NCBI GenBank assembly: GCA_964016885.1
Contig: OZ024741.1
Span: 45,818,001-45,882,000, forward strand
Direction: 5' to 3'
DNA length: 64,000 nucleotides
Source of the DNA: Eledone cirrhosa
Taxonomy: Eukaryota
Part shown: piece by piece, positions 56,025 to 64,000 of the stretch
Position numbering within the stretch: position 1 is the first letter of the stretch
How the letters are laid out: each line of letters begins with the position of its first letter
Program-made: the position numbers and the translations under genes
Notes under the pieces: generated by a model
Databases searched by the model: none
What the model was told of the DNA's origin: nothing
The model's input: only the letters and a program-made list of their open reading frames with translations

Positions 56025-57583
56025 TTATAGCCCTAGTCTCCCCCCCCCCGGGTCATTATGGGGTTTGAGGGCGAGGTAAGTCCTACGCAATCTATGTTTA
56101 CATGCAGTAACCAGTTCATCTTTCTTGTTTAGGAGTTGGTCCGTCGAAAACAGCATTTGTAAAGTTTCCTCCGAGCATAAATTGCACGGACGGCGTCTTC
56201 CCGTGTAAGAATTGGCTCTGGACAGTAATCTCCAAGTGAGATCATAGGTGATGTTGTTGTCCTTGAGGTCCCATATGTGGCCCGAAAGTGTAGTGGCGTG
56301 ACGCCGGGCCGGGTTTCGGAAGGTATGTCTATGTTGGTATAGCCGGGTCTTGAAGTCACATGCGGTAAGTCCTATATAGGCTTTGTTGGAGGTATCCGTC
56401 CTCACGTTACTAGTAGATCACATTACGGTCTCTGCATCTATTGTCGAGTGGGCAAATAGATCTATCCGGGCAGTTACACCTCCTGGTCGGTTCTCCACTG
56501 CTATTTAGGTTATTTCTGCCATCGGGGTTGAGTTTTTTGTTGTTAGAGGAGACGATGTTTTGTGCGAAGTTTGGTGTAGTGCTGTAAGAGAGTTTGATGG
56601 TATTTTTGTTAATTATGTTGTGGTAGCGGTGTTGTAATGGGAAGTGTTTTTCAATGAGCCTAAAGAATAGTTTCCCGATGGGAGTAGTCACCTCTGCGTT
56701 GTGGGGAGGATTGAACCATGTTACATTGCGTGAGCGGCGGTGTCTCCTGCTGGTTCCGCTAATGGGAGCTGGACAGTAGGATATTTCCTCCCGGAAACAA
56801 CTCCGCTTGAGGGCCTGGTTGTAATAAGGCGCATGTTCATCGAATATCCGCTCATTAGCTGACAAACGGGATATGCGGAGGGAGATGTTTTTGACCAGGT
56901 TGTTTGTGATGTTCCTAGGATGGTTTGATCGGCGGTGGATGTAGTGCAGATTGTCATTAGGTTTCCTGTATGGGTAGTACAGGTCGTTTTGGAGGTCGAG
57001 GGTCACGTCCAGGAAGTTAACTCGGGTCAGGGACGTTTGTAGGGTTATTTTAAATCCCCAGTCGCGGAAGAATCTGATTAATTGTTTCCGAACCCGATCT
57101 GTACTACTGGGGTTGTACCCTTTAAGGGTAAGGAGCCCATCATCACGGTACAATCCACCACCGAATGCAGGAAACATATCAGTGAGTTTGGCTATTAGGA
57201 ATAATCCTATAAGATATGTGACCTCCGCCGAATCCGTGGCGCCCATGCTGACGTCGAAGGGTGAGTCGGGAGCTCTTTTTATCCATTTAGAGTCGTCAAA
57301 GAGTAAGACTGTCTTCCTGGCGTGGAGGATGATTTTTCTTTCCTGGTCGGTGATGGGCACAAGTGTTTCGGCGAAGTCCAAGGCGGCAGTAAGTAGCGGT
57401 AAGGTGATTGAAGCATAGTAGCTCTCTATGTCGAACTGTATGAATTTAGTTTCTCGTTTATCCTCCATATTGCTGAACCAGGAGATTACTTCCTGGGTGT
57501 TGATCCATAGGCTAAGTCGGGTGTGTTGCTTGACTTTTGGTATCACGCGGTCTAGCATTTTTTTGCTGATTCTCCCTATGTCG
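56025..57583 (-). pseudogene. Penelope-like RT and GIY-YIG endonuclease; 5'-truncated, one frameshift at ~56408
   Basis: SDIGRISK, FIQFDIESYY, FDVSMGATDSAEV, GLYRDD, NFLDV, SNHP, WFNPP, CNC..CPL..C, VIY/YIG, CNLCSEE. Confidence 0.95.
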
Positions 57584-57732
57584 GACCAGGAGGTGTAACT
57601 GCCCGGAGAACCGACCATATATGGAATTACCCCTTGAGAAGATCGGCTATTTAAATACCAGGATAAATTTTCATTTAGTCCAGAATTAGCCGTCGAAACG
57701 GCTTGAGCTCAGCTGTCGGGGTCTTACTGGTT

Positions 57733-57776
<44 letters not shown>

Positions 57777-57789
57777 TATGTACACTCTA

Positions 57790-57985
57790 TTGGATGGTTG
57801 TTGGCTGTCATGATTTCCTCCGCATTTTGTCAGGTTTTATTTTTCGTTCCGCAGAGTGTCGAAGATTACCCCCCTAATAAAGCAAACTTTTTGCAGTCGT
57901 TGGCTTATTCTCCGAAGAGCCGACCATGAAATAGATTGTACTGGGTTACATATTACGACTAGCACTCACGAACGACCTGACATAT
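57790..57985 (-). mobile_element. RTE-like 5' UTR fragment
   Basis: Homologous to 35512-35700 (ttgtactgggttacat, ccgaccatga). Confidence 0.6.
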
Positions 57986-57989
57986 CAAC

Positions 57990-58985
57990 ACCTGGAAGAG
58001 AGACCTCCAGAATATCTGTTCTCTAAGAGTAATTCGTGGTCCAAACTTATATGTGGCAAGATAAAAGTGCAGATCATTGGAAAAGTGAGGGCAGCAGGGA
58101 TACAAGTAGCAACATTTATAGCAAAACTGTCCAATTTGCAAAGTTTAGAAATGCACTTGACGACGTTGTCTTTGATGGAACTACTGGGGAACAGTTTAAA
58201 AAATGTTTAGAGTGCTGGGGTAGATATACTCGATCTCAAGAAGACCAAACACCAAGACGGGTTTGATGATAATGATGCTGCAATCAGTGTTCTTATTGAA
58301 GAGAACAAGCTGTTTGAGCAGTGTCTTGTTGCTGAGGGTCCAGTGAAGACCACGTTTGCGAAAGCTTTCAAAGAAGCAAAGTCATATCTGCAATGTAAAA
58401 CTCGGAGGATGAAGAATAACTGGTTGTCTGAAGTTACAGCGGAGATGCAGATTGCTTATAATTGCTGAGACCTGAATGCATTATACCGCAAATTAAGGTA
58501 AGACTTTGACTCATAATCCATAAAAATGACACCATTGAAATCAAAAGATAACAACGTCTTCATTAAATATCCAGCAGACATAATGAGTCGGGAGACTGAA
58601 CACTTTAAAGATCTGTTTGATAACCCGTCTGTAGTTGATGCGGAAATTATTAATGGACTGTCGGAAAAGTAGACTGTGACAAATGAGGAATGACTCAACC
58701 ATTGATGATATAAGATCTACCATCTAAAAGATAAACATAGGGAAAGCTCCAGGTTTCGTTGGAATACTTATTGAGCTGATTCGCTTCGGAGGTGACAATG
58801 TTGATATGGCCATTCATGGGCTAGTTCTCTATGGAATGTGAGCTAGTCCCGCACAACTGCGTAGATACAATTTTACTGTTGATTTAAAAAGGCAAGAACT
58901 CCAAATCTAAATGCAGTGATTAACCTGGTATAAGTTTACTCGGATCAGTAGGAAAAGTCTTACCTAAGGTCTTGCTGAATGTTCC
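57990..58985 (+). mobile_element. Decayed RTE-like RT-region fragment
   Basis: GKAPGFVGILIELIRFGG at ~58740; GISLLGSVGKV at ~58927. Confidence 0.7.
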
Positions 58986-59646
58986 CTCAAAATGAAGGGA
59001 ACAAGAACATTGATGTCACTTTTATAGGGAACCACTCAAGAAATTCCCACATAATATTTGGCTCTTGAAAGGTTTTATGTCGGGCATTACATCTTTCAGT
59101 GCCTTTTCCACTTCGGTCTATATGGCTGGCTCCGGCCGTCTCTTCTTTGTGGAAATGGCATGGATGTGTGGTTAAAACGTTCACTTTTCCACTTCATAAT
59201 ATTGAGATTTGTCTGGCTGTGTGGCACCTTATGGAAGTGGTTTCTGCAATATGCTCGGTTTAAATAATGCCTTGTCAATTAAATCTGCCTGATGAAAAAT
59301 GTCCCGACGTTCATTATAAAGGTGAAGAGCCCTTAACTATTGGTGAAGTCGTAGGGGCACCGTCATAACATACAGCGTGTCCTGGGCATTTACGCCTGGC
59401 GCAACACAATCGATTTCTGTTGAGAAAAAAGAATGAGAAAGGAACAGATAAATTAGCCAATTATATACATCTGGTAAAAGAGATAATCTTCTTGTGAGAT
59501 GAAAGCAGAAGCAATCATTATAATATCAGGGGACCTGGAAATGATTCCTAATCTCATAAATTCTTTTAAAAAAACTAACGTTTCAATACATATACACAGT
59601 ATGCAAAAAATGGATCTGAACGCGTATTGTGTACAGTACTTTTCAA

Positions 59647-59831
59647 AATAATTGTTTCTACTTTAGGCACAAGGCCAGCAATTACCCAGTGCATTACTGG
59701 TACTTTACTTTATCGACCCCGTAAGGATAAAAAGTCAACCTCGGCGGGATTTGAACTCAGATCGTAAAGGGACGTAACTATGCTGGAGAGCATGGCGTCC
59801 GACCCTCTACCGATACTGCCAATCCACCGCC
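59647..59831 (-). mobile_element. Deu/Nin-type SINE (duplicated at 61394-61578)
   Basis: Reverse complement of the 42272 SINE. Confidence 0.88.
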
Positions 59832-60689
59832 ATTTTTCAAAATAATAGAAAATATACAGACATACACATAAACAAGAATTGTACGTACCTAAGGTTGTTC
59901 ACATTAACGCACACAATAAAATAAGACTAAAATCTACTAAAAACAAAATAATAATTACAATAATATATACTGTAACGAACAGCTACTGGCAAATCGTGCA
60001 ATTAACGAGTGAAAAATGTTCAGCATAACATCGATTAATTACCGAAAAAAAAAACATTTGATAGCGTACCACATTGGATGTGGGGGACATTTTATAGAAA
60101 TGAATAAGAAACGAAGGAAGCTATACTTAAAAATATATTCTGTCTGAAAAACTAGACGGGGATTGTCATATCTGTAATGCCAATGACTATATGTTTGATA
60201 AAACTAGACATGATCCAGAACAAGCTCATCTAATCCAGTGATAGAGATAAACATTTTTCACAATAAGTACCTATGCTTTAAATCATTGAAGCCGTTAGAA
60301 TCTAAAACCCAAAGAAACAACGTTGAAATGTATAGCAGTCCTCTATTCTGTCAGTTATTCCTATAATTCGTCAGAGAGTTTATAAATAAAATGGATGTGT
60401 ATTCTAGTATATTCCTATTGTCTTAGAATTATTGCATGTATGGTCTCCAAAGTTCTTATGGAGCTGTTGGGGTGCCGTAATGAGATATGACGTTTCTAGG
60501 CACTTTTAAAACATGGCGAGGCCCATCTCCTCTCCAGCTCTGAATACAGTAGCTTTCTTCCAGAGAAGGAGAGAGAGAAAGAGAATAGAAGTGAGAAAGA
60601 GACTAGATCAGTACTTTAATCGACCTTGAATTAATGAAAGGCAAAGTTGACTTCGTTGGGATTTGAACTCAAAGAGCCAAGAGCCGAAA

Positions 60690-60774
<85 letters not shown>

Positions 60775-60779
<5 letters not shown>

Positions 60780-62272
60780 TAGTATATCTACTAACATATG
60801 CGTACAGATGTACGCTAATGCTAGCAAATACATAAGTTATGTCATAGTACCTAGGTGGTTCAATGCAGGAGGATGCAGAACAATAATATGAAAGACGTAA
60901 AATAAGAAAATGTTTAAAAGAATTTAAAAAATTAACTTACTTACTAAAATTTTCACTCCAACTAATTAGTTTCTGCAATGGAAGTGGTTTCTGCAATATG
61001 CTCGGTTTAAATAATGCCTTGTCAATTAAATCTGCCTGATGAAAAATGTCCCGACGTTCATTATAAAGGTGAAGAGCCCTTAACTATTGGTGAAGTCGTA
61101 GGGGCACCGTCATAACATACAGCGTGTCCTGGGCATTTACGCCTGGCGCAACACAATCGATTTCTGTTGAGAAAAAAGAATGAGAAAGGAACAGATAAAT
61201 TAGCCAATTATATACATCTGGTAAAAGAGATAATCTTCTTGTGAGATGAAAGCAGAAGCAATCATTATAATATCAGGGGACCTGGAAATGATTCCTAATC
61301 TCATAAATTCTTTTAAAAAAACTAACGTTTCAATACATATACACAGTATGCAAAAAATGGATCTGAACGCGTATTGTGTACAGTACTTTTCAAAATAATT
61401 GTTTCTACTTTAGGCACAAGGCCAGCAATTACCCAGTGCATTACTGGTACTTTACTTTATCGACCCCGTAAGGATAAAAAGTCAACCTCGGCGGGATTTG
61501 AACTCAGATCGTAAAGGGACGTAACTATGCTGGAGAGCATGGCGTCCGACCCTCTACCGATACTGCCAATCCACCGCCATTTTTCAAAATAATAGAAAAT
61601 ATACAGACATACACATAAACAAGAATTGTACGTACCTAAGGTTGTTCACATTAACGCACACAATAAAATAAGACTAAAATCTACTAAAAACAAAATAATA
61701 ATTACAATAATATATACTGTAACGAACAGCTACTGGCTAATTAGTTTCTGCAATGGGATAAAGACAGTTACGTAATATAACCGTCGAGAATTCATTGTGT
61801 CATCAGGGAGTCTATTCTCAGCTAAGTCTCCAGGCAATGCGCGGACACTGGGGACTCATATAAAAATAATAATAATTCGGTAGATGGAACAGCTAGCGGG
61901 GACTGGATTCCATGCACTGAAAAGCTCGCTGTCTCTGGTCAAATGGCAAATTCTAAAGAATCAATCATGTGACACTGAGGCTAGTCGGTAGGAGTGGGAT
62001 GGTAAGATGACAGAAGCCTACTACCACACCAATAAATTAGTAGTTGGTTTGGCAGGTTTGCTCAACAAATAAATAATTTGGAGATAAATATAGAAAATTT
62101 AGTATATCTACTAACATATGCGTACAGATGTACGCTAATGCTAGCAAATACATAAGTTATGTCATAGTACCTAGGTGGTTCAATGCAGGAGGATACAGAA
62201 CAATAATATGAAAGACGCAAAATAAGAAAATTTTAAAAAGAATTTAAAAAATTAACTTACTTACTAAAATTT
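60775..62272 (-). mobile_element. Family M HHR element (~1.3 tandem ~540-bp monomers) between (TA)n, interrupted by a 760-bp insertion
   Basis: Direct repeat 60775-60952/62095-62272. HHR halves at 60955-60981 and 61737-61811. Confidence 0.8.
60978..61737 (+). repeat. 760-bp duplicate of 59231-59990
   Basis: Appears identical by eye. Flanked by the 20-bp repeat ctaattagtttctgcaatgg (60962-60981, 61737-61756). Confidence 0.92.
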
Positions 62273-62322
62273 TATATATATATATATATATATATACATA
62301 CATACAAACATATATATATATA

Positions 62323-62392
<70 letters not shown>

Positions 62393-62796
62393 ATCGTGAA
62401 TACATTTGCAAGTACCTGTACTGGAATATAGTTCTTTACGTTTGCAGACCAGGAAAATAATATTATATAAATAGTATAAATATTTACAACTTGATTTATC
62501 ACTGAAAAAATGTAATACAGCAGATGAAAATACTATTAGATATAAATTATATCTATCTCTATACCTGTTATATCTTTTTAGAAGAAAAAATAATCGTGAA
62601 TACATAAATATATATATATATAAATATATATATATATACAAATGAATATATGATAAGGATAAACACTGATACATATCCCTATCATATATTCATTTGTATT
62701 ACACGGCTCAGAAATATACCTTTCTTTGAGCTATTTAATTGTAAAAGACTATTTGAGTTTATAACTCTATATATAATATATATATATATATGTATT

Positions 62797-63172
62797 TAAC
62801 GAAGGAGTTGTGGTAAGGAACCAGATGGGCCATAACGCACCAGAGTACTCAATACTTAGGGTAGTAGAGTGGGTAATAGGAAAATGTATGACCCCGACGG
62901 CAGAGCTCAACCGTTTCGACGGCTATTTCTGGACAGCTAAACAGAAAAAAATGAATGGCATAACAACAACACCCAAACAAAGAATACTGACATAAGGAAA
63001 TTAAAATAAATAAATAAATTAATTAATTAATTAATTAATTAATACATACACAAGCACAATAACAACAAACACATATAAACACACACTAGTAAACTAAGAT
63101 AGAATACAATAACCAAAACACAGTCACCCAAACACGAACACACATCAAACACTATACACACACGCAAACGCA
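62797..63172 (-). mobile_element. Penelope pseudo-LTR-related fragment plus a repeat shared with 37625-37840
   Basis: 62797-62933 is homologous to 54764-54901 and retains the GAAA-helix III-GUC half of the HHR. Confidence 0.75.
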
Positions 63173-63910
63173 TGTGTAAAAAAGATAGCCCCGATAATAA
63201 ACACATTAAAAGCTCCAGCAATGTGGAAGATATCCATGTACATAATATGAAAGAGTTCTGGTGGAATGTTCCAGTAAAAACCCCAATAAAATACAGGCAT
63301 AGCAGACCAGATATTATGATATGGGACAGGGAGAAGAAAGCATGCACAGTAGTGAAAATTAGCTGCCCAGCAGATGCCAATATAATATCAAAGATTAGCG
63401 AAAAGGAGAATATTTATACAGAACTGATGAGAAATCTGCAGATACTGCACCCTGAGTATACTTTCAGATTTATGCCTGTGATTATTGGGGCACTGGGGTT
63501 TGTTAGTAACTGCCTCAATACAAATCTTGAGAAGCTAGGCTTCACAGGAACAGAAAGAACACAACTAGTTAGGAAATTACAAGTACAATCCATTAATTGA
63601 ACAGTAAAAATATGTAAAACATTCCAAAGATTTTGCATCTAATAACTGCATATACACATGTACAGATACAAAGCATATACACATGCACACATACAACTCA
63701 AAACATACACATCCACACATACAATAACAGCCATATCTACACATGCATGCATACATAATCTACCTAGATGATGTTGTGTAAATTCCAATAAGAGAGTCTT
63801 GTGTCTATGTTAGAAACCGACTCTCTCTCTCTATTGGGAAGAAATTTGTGAAATTATAAAACCAGAACATACATACATACATACATACATACATACATAC
63901 ATACATACAT
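63172..63910 (+). mobile_element. 5'-truncated R4/Dong family 3 (RLE domain, 3' UTR, (TACA)n tail)
   Basis: FWWN, RPDIMIWD, ISCPAD, VIIGALG, then (TACA)n at 63868-63910. Confidence 0.9.
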
Positions 63911-64000
63911 GACAGCCCCCTCGTTATCGAGTATGGCCATTGCATGATATACCATTATTAATTAATTCTATCGTCCAATGTCTGTGCGTGAAGATATATT

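Larger units (their letters stand above)
54764..57737 (-). mobile_element. 5'-truncated Penelope-like element (Naiad-like) with inverted pseudo-LTR, inserted in (TA)n
   Basis: 54842-54966 is the reverse complement of 57613-57737. (TA)n on both sides. ~1.2-kb 3' non-coding region. Confidence 0.92.

Noticed and set aside
56400-56420. Selenocysteine read-through, as reported for some Naiad PLEs
   Set aside because: The interruption is TAG-TAA plus a frameshift, not TGA, and the nearby Cys motifs use ordinary Cys codons in both PLEs.
58987-59278. Short ORFs as a gene or LINE C-terminus
   Set aside because: Only a vague resemblance, not supportable.
59288-59330. CTGATGA (also at ~61035) as a hammerhead core
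   Set aside because: No properly placed GAAA-helix III-UH and no helix I.

Overview
AT-rich, microsatellite-saturated animal DNA with no host gene that I can support. The Deu/Nin-type and Meta-type tRNA-SINEs, very long (TA)n tracts and the LINE mix suggest a mollusc, probably an octopod (inference). The window is a stack of retroelements: a decayed L1/Tx1 LINE plus fragments, two long R4/Dong-type RLE LINEs (one a single nonsense codon from intact) plus truncated copies, two 5'-truncated Penelope-like elements (Naiad-like motifs) with inverted pseudo-LTRs, RTE remnants, about 11 SINEs and three MITEs. The most striking signal, found by eye, is about a dozen sequence-unrelated small non-coding elements lying in or beside (TA)n tracts. 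They are built as fold-backs or as partial tandem-plus-inverted monomers, and most carry a type I hammerhead ribozyme (HHR) fold, including U3-A8 core variants. They look like a diverse population of Penelope-dependent, retrozyme-like elements. All folds were paired manually and none has been computed or tested.
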